Assembly (NCBI GenBank): GCA_021797995.1
Contig: JAJZYR010000001.1
Span: 79,342 to 143,341 of the forward strand
Direction of reading: 5' to 3'
DNA from: Candidatus Micrarchaeota archaeon
GTDB taxonomy: Archaea > Micrarchaeota > Micrarchaeia > Micrarchaeales > CABMGC01
DNA length: 64,000 nt
The notes beneath the pieces are model-generated. The model searched no databases, was not told where the DNA came from, and was given only the letters and a program-made list of their open reading frames with translations. Numbering within the stretch: the first letter of the stretch is position 1; each line of letters opens with the position of its first letter. Shown here piece by piece: positions 55,201 through 63,556 of the stretch. The position numbers were made by a program, and so were the translations under genes.

Positions 55201-57183
55201 TACACTTCCTGCAAACCAGTTGTATGTATATGAGTTCGGTGCAGGGCCAGGGGTCCCTCCAATTGGCATTATGTTGCCAGTAAAGGCCTTGCCTTGCTGA
55301 AGTATTGGCCCCTGGCCCTGCGGGAACTGCGCTATCCCAAATGCGAGCCCGTTGTTCACGTTTACGTTTACGCTGAACGGCGAGTTAAATATGTATGGCG
55401 AGGAGGTGCTGATGTCGTTGGCTACTGCATTGAGCGTGTACGCTCCCGAAACGCTCGGTGTGAAGAGGAGTGAGGTAGGGGTGCACTGCGCTGTGGATGT
55501 GATCCCGTTAACCGAAATGTAGCCCGGCTTAAGGATGTTGACATCGAATAGGTCTGTCCCTGCGCATGGATAGCCTCCAGCTACAATCACGTTTACCGTC
55601 AGGGAGGTGCTCTGCCCCACCCCAATAACAGGATTGGATGGCTGTGAGATCGTAACGGCTGGCTGCAGGTTAATCGTGAGCGTGTTCGAAACGGACAGGG
55701 TATTTGCGCCTGTACTGTCGTATATAAGGGCATTGAATGTCCATACGCCCGCTATGGTATTCGGAGGCACTGTGGTTCCGAATGGATAACCTTCTGCTGC
55801 ATTCTGTAATATATTAAGGTGCAGGTCGTTGACAGGAGAGGAGGTGTAGAACATGTTCACGTTTGACGGAATGGCATAATAGACGCTGTTGGATACCATG
55901 CCGTTGTATCCGCCTATGCAGACTATCGCACCAGGGAAGACGCAGCTCATGTTCTCTGTTGCGACCGGATACGGCACCGTGTCAAAAAAGCTTCCTGCAC
56001 CGCCATTCTGCGGATTGACGAATGTATAGTTTGCCATTGAGAGGGGTACCGACGGAGCAGAGGCATACCCTCCGATGCAATATATGCCTACTCCGTTTGA
56101 CTGGAAGGCAACGCAGCTCGTGCCGCCTTTATAGGAGCCGCCAAACGCACCGGATGATCCAGAAATGGAGGACCAGGATATTCCCGTCGGGCCGGGAGTG
56201 CCCTCTGCATAAGCGCCATTTGGTCCGATGCAATGGAACATGCCTCCGGTCGGAGCCTGGTCGCAGTGGGTGGCACCTGACCATGCCAGCGAGTTTGCCT
56301 GCGTCCATGCGCCTATGCCTCCTGAATTCGGCAGTATGTTTGCGTAGTAAACCGCATTGGTAGGGATGCCAATGGCATTTCCGTCTAGGGTGTTTGTCGT
56401 GGTTCCTCCAAAGCAGTAGATGATTCCAGAAGCGGCGCCGCAGCTTGTGTTGGCAATGAAGAGAGGGTAGCTGTTTGTAGATGCCCATGAGCTTATCACA
56501 TTCCCAGAGACGGTTGCGAAGGTGACTATATTTGCGTATGCCGAATGCCCTGCGTATGATAGAGTAAGACCGTATGGGTTGTATCCCCCTACGCAATAGA
56601 TTGTGTTTGAGGGCATAATGCAGCCTGTGCCTATTGTATTGGTCATGAATGCGTTTGCAGACGGCACCCAGGCGCCAATCCCGTTTGCGCCGTAGTTATT
56701 CACTGGAGCGGCAAAGGCGTTGTAGACATAGTTGTCGCTTATGCCGTTGAACCCGTAGCCTGCCATGCAGTAGATGTACCCTGCGCCGGGATTCGAGACG
56801 CAGCTCTCCGCCTCTATGTTTGAGGGGTATGCGTTTGTCGCAACCCATGTATCGAGCGCAGCTGGAACTGTGCCGGGATTTGATGTCTCTGGATTGCCGC
56901 CGCCGATATTGGCTAAGCCTGAAGATGCGGGGGCGGTAATAATCTCGTTGAATGAGTAAGGAGGGATGCCATTGCTTACTATAAAGCTCTGCGCTGCAGT
57001 GAGCTGCGGTACGTCGATGAGCGAGTTTGTCAGTATCTCTGGACAGGGAGATGCAGTCAGGATATTGCCAGGACCTGTGCCGCAGACTCCTGTGGCATTG
57101 AGCGGTGCAATATAGATAAATGCTGCCGCAAGGATTGCCAGGAAAAGTGCCAGGCCCGACAGGCGGTTGCCCATAATTCCCAC
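52297..57183 (-). CDS. giant surface protein: signal peptide, six-bladed Kelch-like propeller, beta-rich repeats, Thr/Pro linker, C-terminal TM anchor
   Basis: 1628 aa. N-terminal LALFLAILAAAFIYIAP. Six IYC(I/V/F)GGY-type blades, about aa 120-440 (nt 55863-56826). Dense N-x-S/T sequons and very few charged residues. The C-terminus reads PPKTTTVP...VIAVIAVAIILLMIAAYYLSRKGKRRRG. The start is GTG 57183 or ATG 57174. Confidence 0.8.
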   Translation of the reverse strand: MGIMGNRLSGLALFLAILAAAFIYIAPLNATGVCGTGPGNILTASPCPEILTNSLIDVPQLTAAQSFIVSNGIPPYSFNEIITAPASSGLANIGGGNPETSNPGTVPAALDTWVATNAYPSNIEAESCVSNPGAGYIYCMAGYGFNGISDNYVYNAFAAPVNNYGANGIGAWVPSANAFMTNTIGTGCIMPSNTIYCVGGYNPYGLTLSYAGHSAYANIVTFATVSGNVISSWASTNSYPLFIANTSCGAASGIIYCFGGTTTNTLDGNAIGIPTNAVYYANILPNSGGIGAWTQANSLAWSGATHCDQAPTGGMFHCIGPNGAYAEGTPGPTGISWSSISGSSGAFGGSYKGGTSCVAFQSNGVGIYCIGGYASAPSVPLSMANYTFVNPQNGGAGSFFDTVPYPVATENMSCVFPGAIVCIGGYNGMVSNSVYYAIPSNVNMFYTSSPVNDLHLNILQNAAEGYPFGTTVPPNTIAGVWTFNALIYDSTGANTLSVSNTLTINLQPAVTISQPSNPVIGVGQSTSLTVNVIVAGGYPCAGTDLFDVNILKPGYISVNGITSTAQCTPTSLLFTPSVSGAYTLNAVANDISTSSPYIFNSPFSVNVNVNNGLAFGIAQFPQGQGPILQQGKAFTGNIMPIGGTPGPAPNSYTYNWFAGSVLGGYDLMQFSLVPPFQMPQPQSPSSRTPPNPMFEYQNPGNTLTVTPYAWNGIAFNAMSTGNVLAVAGGNESVLPAFLPNLFVVSSNHTGMFTINTVGAQYQPGAGGVQNSVIYNLDTYSLMQSNTLNVATVLTSNSPQIQNAIARKLVDPEVTITNLGISANYVSAYTPPFIVAVAGWGGGLNGSKVRSFLIYGINALPASSNTALMQGPSSLPTFLAYNITGVWIYGLTPPAPGVRISIYDSINANGVLPSQDPSNNIQLAQYTYNGPTLLYNVPNGNFLGEVPANTPIAPNNLVTYSGENGIPVNLILTTNTLLVPGSAIPTNSVTYFTYNMPEIANAQSNVPNTFMLINLTNSTRLGQFPAYTFVRSFTSSNTNINNMNYINSAGNGIVEMAANVTDRGSAIGPITPMAISYYMATNVIAYNSVSEDTTNSFTFNSVTASAGPNLVKVSVKDAGTPQETANGIFSSVFFPAISPATVSITNTTVDVGKTTFLTLFFSGGQPPYTGYWSLLPPSASTTINNTFTLTLPINEITLLVNVTSANTLILTPTLGANTTIGGGRNNSLVLYITHSSTYGDNRAFLKLPSFGSRAPASLLLATGLTNDTVYGLWGANTVVGSTDPGTQFSIPNPSPPAPSTTTIYYGTGGSSGMATGGGGGVQKPSISTIPNGYIVNGIAQLNTFSITLCGEAFTVTDNYISPNATGISVNNALKVLTLGNPVQIGASGQGSCYAMLNSIQYTPILHNASVSFYLSTNALRIINVTGPSFNGLIPYISSNSPLDINFENGNALILVYTASNVPFTSNVSLANDTASTPNLTGYKKLLSFGVNVSSPSASLNITVHYPCSAPSPTISVYKLLNGAWAAITSTANASACTVSFSLAPGDPIIGVFQALPPKTTTVPVSTAQTTSQAAAPPAQAKPPAATSTVIAVIAVAIILLMIAAYYLSRKGKRRRGPLARHGSRNPRNG

Positions 57184-57435
57184 GCTTTTATCTTGGGAGG
57201 GAATATTAATAAATGTGTGCCGAATGAGTAAGAAGTATTAGCTTGGCAGCCCGACCCAATTCAACGTGTATTGACATGGGGGGCGTAATAAGCGCGGCTG
57301 CCATGAAAACTGAAAACTGCATATAAGTATCACGCAGGCTGTGAGGAGGAACTGAACCGGTAGCACCATGGAGGCCGGTCATGGCCGCTCCGGAAGCCTG
57401 CGCGCTTCGGATCTCTTTGGATTGGGTTGTTGGTA

Positions 57436-58122
57436 ATGGCGATGCTTAGGATAGGGCACAGGGGCGCTGCCGGCGAGGCTCCGGAGAATACGCTAAGGAG
57501 CTTCAGGCTTGCGCTGGAGCAGGGTGCAGATGCAGTTGAGCTTGATATCCGCAGAACGCGGGACGGGGTGCTTATAGTCATGCATGACGCCGACCTTATG
57601 AATCTTACAGGCACCGCAGGTCTTGTCTCAGATACTCCAATGAGCCATATCAGGGAACTCCGGGTAAAGGGGGAGCGCATACCCACCCTCGACGAGACCT
57701 TATCAGAGCTTGGGCACTACAGGAAGCTTATCTTCCTCGAGGTGAAGGAATACGGCATCGAGGAGCAGGTCGTGGCTGCAGTGGAGAATGCCGGCGTCAG
57801 GGATGTCTCGGTTGTAGTCTCGTTTAACATGGACTCGCTCAGACAGATAAGGAGGATTGGCAGCGCAATTCCGATAGGCCCCACGTTCGAGAGCAGGGAA
57901 GCGTGGGTGCCCATAGCCAGGGGGATGGATGCGCAGTATATCTCTGTCATGAAGGACCTGCTCCGCAGGGAGGACATAATGCAGGCCCACGAGAGCGGGC
58001 TTAAGGTACTCGCATGGACCGTCAACACGAAGGAGGAGATGGCCAGGTTCGGGGAGATGCAGGTCGATGGGATCATCTCGGATTATCCGGGAATGCTGCA
58101 CGAGGTCTTTCCAGGGTCGTAA
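57436..58122 (+). CDS. glycerophosphodiester phosphodiesterase
   Basis: GHRGAAGEAPENT catalytic motif, ELDI and MHD segments. ATG 57436 is chosen; the track start is TTG 57427. Confidence 0.8.
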   Translation: MAMLRIGHRGAAGEAPENTLRSFRLALEQGADAVELDIRRTRDGVLIVMHDADLMNLTGTAGLVSDTPMSHIRELRVKGERIPTLDETLSELGHYRKLIFLEVKEYGIEEQVVAAVENAGVRDVSVVVSFNMDSLRQIRRIGSAIPIGPTFESREAWVPIARGMDAQYISVMKDLLRREDIMQAHESGLKVLAWTVNTKEEMARFGEMQVDGIISDYPGMLHEVFPGS

Positions 58123-58250
58123 TGGCGGCTTTGTGGCATAATCTTGCTCCATGAATGGGCGTGGCACGGTTTCCCGCCCGCTTTTGCTAAAGCATGGTTC
58201 CGCAGACGCATTCAGGCTCCGCATTCCCGCTTTGCACGGGCCGTTGGGCA

Positions 58251-59150
58251 TCATGCCTTCGGAAGGTCCGCAATCCACTTGACGACAGAAGCTGCCATTG
58301 CATCCTCGTATCCTGTGAACGAATGCGATGCACCTCTGATCAGCATCGAATCGAACGCCGTGGAGTTTGCCTTCTCCCTGAGTATCTTCATGTACATCTC
58401 CACTGGCTTTACCGCGCCTTCGTCCCTGGACCCGAAAATGACGTACATAGGGATCCTGATGCTGCTGAACTCGCGCAACTTCCCGTCGTAATTGAAGAGC
58501 CGCGCCTCAATCCTGCCGGGATCTGCGACCGACAGGAACCTCTGCGGTGAGAAGGGGAGGGCGGGGCAGCATGCATTGCCTCTGCCAAGCCTTACCATGC
58601 GCCGTGCCTTTTTTACAAGCCTGGCCCACTTCCTGCCCAGCTCCTTCTTGTTAAGGTTGTAGTCATCATCAGGGGCAAGCAAGACCAGGGCCCTTACTTT
58701 CCTGTTTCTTCTCCTGTACTGGTAATATAGTATCTTCTGGCATCCTGTGCTGTGGCCTGCAAGCACGAACCTGCTGTATCCAATGGACTTCAGGAACCTC
58801 AGTGCGCCGTCTATATCACGCACGCTTTCCTCAAACCTCTCGTACCTTGTGCCTGTCCTTATCCTCCTCCGCTTCCCGCCGAGCGCGACTGTTCCGCTGC
58901 TCTCGATATCATGACCGCGGGTATTGGCCGCAAGGACAGAATACCCGGCTCTCCTGGCGGCTCTCATGAGCGCCAGGGGGATTCCTCCGGAGTAGAAATT
59001 CGAGGCCATGCCATGCACATATATTATGCACAGTCCGGCTTTCCTTCTTCCGGCGAGGAAGCCGTCAAGCCTGAGCCCGTCCGTTGCCCTGAATGAGACC
59101 TGCTCGCCCTGAATCTGCAGTGCCCCCATGCTACCTGTGCTGTAAGCCAC
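58251..59150 (-). CDS. alpha/beta hydrolase
   Basis: GHSTGCQ nucleophile elbow (GxSxG) and HG oxyanion region (VHGMASN). The start is GTG 59150 with tatttatat about 30 nt upstream, or ATG 59129. Confidence 0.7.
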   Translation of the reverse strand: MAYSTGSMGALQIQGEQVSFRATDGLRLDGFLAGRRKAGLCIIYVHGMASNFYSGGIPLALMRAARRAGYSVLAANTRGHDIESSGTVALGGKRRRIRTGTRYERFEESVRDIDGALRFLKSIGYSRFVLAGHSTGCQKILYYQYRRRNRKVRALVLLAPDDDYNLNKKELGRKWARLVKKARRMVRLGRGNACCPALPFSPQRFLSVADPGRIEARLFNYDGKLREFSSIRIPMYVIFGSRDEGAVKPVEMYMKILREKANSTAFDSMLIRGASHSFTGYEDAMAASVVKWIADLPKA

Positions 59151-59299
59151 TATGTCACAGACCTTCTTATTCCGTCACGGTGTATTTATATCCGACTATT
59201 TGCCTTTATATCCGGCTGGTTTGACGGCCCATCGAAGCGTATTCTGTGCTCATTCTGACATCCCCCTGCAAATTAAGGGGAAGTCGGCCTCGCATTTTA

Positions 59300-59950
59300 C
59301 TATATAGTTGAATCTCCATTTCCCAGTAGCTTAAGCGACACGCTATCCCATATCAATGCCCTAAGGAGCCATTCCTGCTCGGGCAGGTGTTCGTCTATCA
59401 CAAGGCTCCTTACCTTTACAATCCATTCATCATACGCTTTTTTCGCCCTCTCTACAGATTCTGCACAGCTGTTGCCCTTCATGATAGAAAGAGGTATCCT
59501 GTTTGTTGAGTCAAAGAAGGGTCTTGAAAGCTCATCTTTAAGTGGTGTTACAGTTTTGGTATGGTCATATATTATGACAAACTTCTCCGTATAACCAATA
59601 AAGCATTTAGTATTTTTGGATACTGCAGCTTTCCCTAGAGACTTTGCAGCCTCACACGCTATCGTATATATTATTCCTTTAAATTTCGATATATTACGCC
59701 CATCAATGAGGGCCTTATCCCCGTATCCGTAAATCGCATCTTCATCCCCATGGCCATTGACTATGAAGAGGTCTATGCCCTTTGAGGCAACTATTCCCTC
59801 TATCACATCCCTGCTGGCTCTTTTGCTTATAAGCTGTACCACTTTAAGGCCGCACCTCTTTCCCTCGGTTGTAATGGCCTCGCTCCATTTGCTCACGTAG
59901 GTGGTCTCTATGTCGTGGTCAGGAAGAGTTATGATTACACTCTTTTCCAT
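59300..59950 (-). CDS. hypothetical protein with His-Gly ... Ala-Cys dyad pattern (possible clan-CD caspase/gingipain-like fold)
   Basis: 216 aa. LFIVNGHGDEDAIYG and IIYTIACEAAKSLG are spaced as the catalytic His and Cys strands of clan-CD peptidases. This is pattern-level evidence only. AT-richer than flanks. Last gene of an overlapping three-gene operon. Confidence 0.55.
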   Translation of the reverse strand: MEKSVIITLPDHDIETTYVSKWSEAITTEGKRCGLKVVQLISKRASRDVIEGIVASKGIDLFIVNGHGDEDAIYGYGDKALIDGRNISKFKGIIYTIACEAAKSLGKAAVSKNTKCFIGYTEKFVIIYDHTKTVTPLKDELSRPFFDSTNRIPLSIMKGNSCAESVERAKKAYDEWIVKVRSLVIDEHLPEQEWLLRALIWDSVSLKLLGNGDSTI

Positions 59951-60156
59951 TGGGCCTCATCCTTGAAGAGTTCAAGATAACGAAGCTCTATCTTCGCAAG
60001 GAGTACTCCGGTACCATCCCTCTTCTTGAGAGCCTCAATCGCCTTCTTCTTATCAATAGACTCGCCGCCGCCTATGGCAATGCTGATATGGCTCGGCATC
60101 TTCTCGTACCTTTTTATCATGATGCCCCAGAATTCATCAGGTATCTCACCAGTCAT
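59935..60156 (-). CDS. small hypothetical protein
   Basis: 73 aa. The start forms an ATGA overlap with the upstream gene, and the gene overlaps the downstream gene by 16 nt. Confidence 0.5.
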   Translation of the reverse strand: MTGEIPDEFWGIMIKRYEKMPSHISIAIGGGESIDKKKAIEALKKRDGTGVLLAKIELRYLELFKDEAQWKRV

Positions 60157-60440
60157 AGCAGTCCCATTTTATGCATTTTATTTATAACCTTTCTGCCTTC
60201 AGGCCCGCCTGTAGCCGCTTTTCTGTAGGTCTGCTTCCATGTGAGTGTTTTGTTGCCTAGTTTTACGATTGGCATATCGCGCTCTCCGACAGGCAGGATG
60301 GACATTATACGTCTTAATTTATCTACGTAATCAAGGTATAAGACCTTTGGCTTCTTTTTGCGATAGGCCGACATTCCCAGACCCTCAACCTGAGTTACAT
60401 TATACGCGCTATGTGACATTCCTCCGCCCGCAAGCGGCAT
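60153..60440 (-). CDS. small basic hypothetical protein
   Basis: 95-aa ORF. The likelier start is ATG 60374 (MSAYRKKKPKV, 73 aa), about 27 nt after cgtataatgt. Confidence 0.45.
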   Translation of the reverse strand: MPLAGGGMSHSAYNVTQVEGLGMSAYRKKKPKVLYLDYVDKLRRIMSILPVGERDMPIVKLGNKTLTWKQTYRKAATGGPEGRKVINKMHKMGLL

Positions 60441-60652
60441 GGGCTTCTTGCATCAATGGAGTAAAATCCATAGTATCATTGCCATGCACGCTTATATGCC
60501 TTTGCGGTTCGCTTTCACCCCGCCCCGAAGAGCGCGGGCTTTCCGCCACCTCCTGTCACTCGTTCCGTAGACTGTCAATTATTTATAGAAATATTCAACT
60601 TTTTATTGAAAAAAAGCAAACATTTATATATCTAAAGCTGAATAGCATATGC

Positions 60653-61087
60653 ATGGCCTCTGAGGAGAAGATCGTGGTCAGGCAGATCGGCAGGCCGCAT
60701 AAGGAGAACGCCGATGCACTGCTGGTATGGTTCTGCGAGTCGCTGGACCTGTCCGGAAATAAGGACATAATGGGGCCGGAGATGCTCAGGGAAATAATAA
60801 ACGGAAGCCTGAACGGGAACGGAGTGACGAGCAAGGAGTTGAACTGGAAGCTTAATGTACCGAGGACCACGGTGATATACCACCTGAACAGGTTTATCTA
60901 CTCAGGGATTGTGATAAGGAGGGGCAGGAGGTATTACCTGCGCTCTGAGGACATGAAGAGCACCCTGCAGGAACTCCAGGCAGACATGATAAGGGAGTTC
61001 CAGCGCATGATGGACATGGCCCAGAAGCTGGACGGGATACTGGAAGATGAGACATATGCCAGAAGGAGAAGAGCAAAAAAAGGATAG
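60653..61087 (+). CDS. winged-helix transcriptional regulator, co-transcribed with grpE-dnaK-dnaJ
   Basis: 144 aa. TSKELNWKLNVPRTTVIYHLNRFIYSGIVIRRGRRYYL is an HTH plus wing. ATG 60653 lies about 25 nt after tttatata (60623-60630). The 3' end overlaps the grpE start. Confidence 0.65.
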   Translation: MASEEKIVVRQIGRPHKENADALLVWFCESLDLSGNKDIMGPEMLREIINGSLNGNGVTSKELNWKLNVPRTTVIYHLNRFIYSGIVIRRGRRYYLRSEDMKSTLQELQADMIREFQRMMDMAQKLDGILEDETYARRRRAKKG

Positions 61088-61655
61088 CTTGGGAGGAGCC
61101 GAAGCCGCGGGGAAGGTGCCTAAGGATGGCAGTGGCAGCGGGGAGAAGGGACTGGGAGCGCCCGAGAAGGAAGAGGCGGGGAAGGCTAAGCCCGAAGAGG
61201 AGCTTAGGGAGAGGCTCCTGAGGCTCGCCGCGGAATTCGACAACTACAAGAAGAGGACTGCCAAGGACATCGAGAATGCGAAGAACATAGGCAAGGCGGA
61301 GATGGCACTGAAGCTGCTTCCGGCCCTGGATGAATCTGAGCTTGCGCTCAATGCGCTTGGGGAAAAGGGGGCCAAGGAGGGCATCGGCATGGTGCTCGCG
61401 AACCTCACGGATGCGCTAAAGGGGCTTGGGCTCGTGGAAGTGGACGCGCACGGGACCTTTGATCCGTACAGGCATGAGATAGTGCTTGCCAGGGAGAGCG
61501 AGAAGAAAGAGGGTACGATCCTTGAGGTCGTAAGGAAAGGGTATGAGCTGAATGGCATCATGCTCCGGCCTGCATCGGTAATCGTCTCGAAGGGGACTGC
61601 CGAGGCAGCAGGCAGGAAGGAGGAGAAACTGCAGCAAGAACAGGATAAATTATGA
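61047..61655 (+). CDS. grpE: nucleotide exchange factor GrpE
   Basis: [13 protein letters not shown] signature and C-terminal beta domain ([16 protein letters not shown]). Confidence 0.85.
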   Translation: MRHMPEGEEQKKDSLGGAEAAGKVPKDGSGSGEKGLGAPEKEEAGKAKPEEELRERLLRLAAEFDNYKKRTAKDIENAKNIGKAEMALKLLPALDESELALNALGEKGAKEGIGMVLANLTDALKGLGLVEVDAHGTFDPYRHEIVLARESEKKEGTILEVVRKGYELNGIMLRPASVIVSKGTAEAAGRKEEKLQQEQDKL

Positions 61656-61669
61656 TCATAGGTGAAAAA

Positions 61670-63550
61670 ATGGCTAAAATAATAGGAATTGATTTGGGAA
61701 CCAGTAATTCTGCGGCAGCGGTACTTGAAGGAGGGAGACCGGTTCTGATCCCAAGCTCTGAAGGGACATCGTTATACGGAAAGTCGTTTCCAAGCTATGT
61801 CGCCTTCACAAAGGACGGCCAGAGGCTCGTAGGCGAGCCGGCAAGAAGGCAGGCGGTGGCAAATCCTGATGGAACCGTGAATGCATTCAAGAGGAAGATG
61901 GGCACTGACTACAAGTACAGGATCTTCGGAAAGGACTACACCCCCCAGGAGCTCTCCGCAATCTTATTGCAGAAGATAAAGAAGGACGCGGAGGCATTCC
62001 TTGGAGAGGAGATAAAGAAGGCCGTGATAACGGTGCCGGCATACTTCAATGACAACCAGAGGCAGGCCACAAAGGACGCCGGGGAGATCGCCGGGCTTGA
62101 GGTGGTAAGGCTCGTGAACGAGCCCACGGCAGCATCGCTCGCATTCGGAGTCGACAAGCTCAGCAAGGAGATGAAGATCCTTGTCTACGACTTCGGAGGC
62201 GGAACGCTCGACGTGACGATAATGGAGTTCGGCAACGGCGTCTTTGAGGTGAAGTCCACGAACGGGGACACGCAGCTCGGAGGCACGGATATGGACAACG
62301 CTATAGTAACGTTCCTGCTTGCCGAAGTGAAAAAGCAAACAGGGATAGACATCTCAAAGGACACGCAGGCGCTGCAGAGGCTCCGCGAGGCCGGGGAGAG
62401 GGCCAAGATCGAGCTCTCGACAACGCTCACTACGGAGATAAACCTGCCTTTCCTGACAATGGGGCCCGGTAACGCGCCGGTTCACTTCGCATACCCGCTC
62501 GCAAGGGCGAAGCTCGAGGAGATAGTCTTCCCGATTGTCGATAGGACCACAAAGCCCGTAAGGCAGGCGCTCACGGACGCAAAGCTCGAGCCCAAGGACA
62601 TCGAGAAGGTGATCCTTGTCGGCGGGCCTACCCGAATGCCCATAGTGCAGAGATACGTGGAGCAGCTCCTCGGGAAGAAGATCGAGAGGGGCGTCGATCC
62701 GATGGAGGCCGTTGCCTTCGGGGCGGCAATACAGGCAGGAGTGCTTACCGGAGAGGTAAAGGACATCGTACTTCTAGACGTAACTCCGCTCTCCCTCGGG
62801 CTTGAGACCCTCGGGGGCATCATGACCAAGATCATAGAGAAGAATACGACGATACCTGCGAAGAAGACCCAGATATTCAGTACCGCGGATAACAACCAGC
62901 CTGCAGTGGAGATCAACATACTGCAGGGCGAGAGGCCCATGGCGAAGGACAATGTAGGGCTCGGGAGGTTCCAGCTTACCGGGATCCCTCCCGCACCAAG
63001 GGGGGTTCCGCAGATCGAGGTGACCTTCGACATCGATGCGAACGGGATCTTACATGTAAGCGCGAAGGACAAGGCGACCGGCAGGGAGCAGAGCATGCAG
63101 GTAGTCGCACCGAACAAGATGGACAGGTCGGTGATAGAGAAGAAGGTGAAGGAAGCGGAGGAGTTTGCCGAGGCGGACAAGAAGGAGCTCGAGAAGGTGC
63201 AGACAAGGAACGACGCGGAATCGCTGATTTACTCCGCTGAACATACCATGAAGCAGTTCAAGGACAAGATATCCAAGGACGTTGCAGACGAGGTTGAGGC
63301 TGCAAGGAAGGCGCTCCAGGAGGCCATCGAAAAGGAGGACTACGACGCGATGAAGGCGAGGATGTCGGACCTCGGCGACGCGCTTCAGAAGGTAGGAGCA
63401 GGCATGTACGGCCAGGGGCAGGGTGGGGGCGGTGGAGCCGCGGGGCAAGGCCCTGAAGAAGGCGCGGGAGCGGGAGGAGGTGCAGATCCTGGTGCTGGCG
63501 GCGGCGGTGCAGGCGATACGGTAGATGCGGACTTCAAGGTAAAGAAATAG
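61670..63550 (+). CDS. dnaK: molecular chaperone DnaK (Hsp70)
   Basis: [19 protein letters not shown] and [11 protein letters not shown] motifs. Gly-rich C-terminal tail. Confidence 0.95.
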   Translation: MAKIIGIDLGTSNSAAAVLEGGRPVLIPSSEGTSLYGKSFPSYVAFTKDGQRLVGEPARRQAVANPDGTVNAFKRKMGTDYKYRIFGKDYTPQELSAILLQKIKKDAEAFLGEEIKKAVITVPAYFNDNQRQATKDAGEIAGLEVVRLVNEPTAASLAFGVDKLSKEMKILVYDFGGGTLDVTIMEFGNGVFEVKSTNGDTQLGGTDMDNAIVTFLLAEVKKQTGIDISKDTQALQRLREAGERAKIELSTTLTTEINLPFLTMGPGNAPVHFAYPLARAKLEEIVFPIVDRTTKPVRQALTDAKLEPKDIEKVILVGGPTRMPIVQRYVEQLLGKKIERGVDPMEAVAFGAAIQAGVLTGEVKDIVLLDVTPLSLGLETLGGIMTKIIEKNTTIPAKKTQIFSTADNNQPAVEINILQGERPMAKDNVGLGRFQLTGIPPAPRGVPQIEVTFDIDANGILHVSAKDKATGREQSMQVVAPNKMDRSVIEKKVKEAEEFAEADKKELEKVQTRNDAESLIYSAEHTMKQFKDKISKDVADEVEAARKALQEAIEKEDYDAMKARMSDLGDALQKVGAGMYGQGQGGGGGAAGQGPEEGAGAGGGADPGAGGGGAGDTVDADFKVKK

Positions 63551-63556
63551 AAGTAG

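Noticed and set aside
59184-59220. Tandem tttatatccgRct motif (59184-59198 and 59206-59220)
   Set aside because: This is likely just the TATA box of the alpha/beta hydrolase gene (start 59150) plus a fortuitous or duplicated second box. There is no associated ORF or structure.
60245-60652. Upstream 136 codons of ORF 60245-61087
   Set aside because: This stretch runs antisense through the small-protein operon and across a promoter region. The wHTH protein begins at ATG 60653, with a TATA box about 25 nt upstream.
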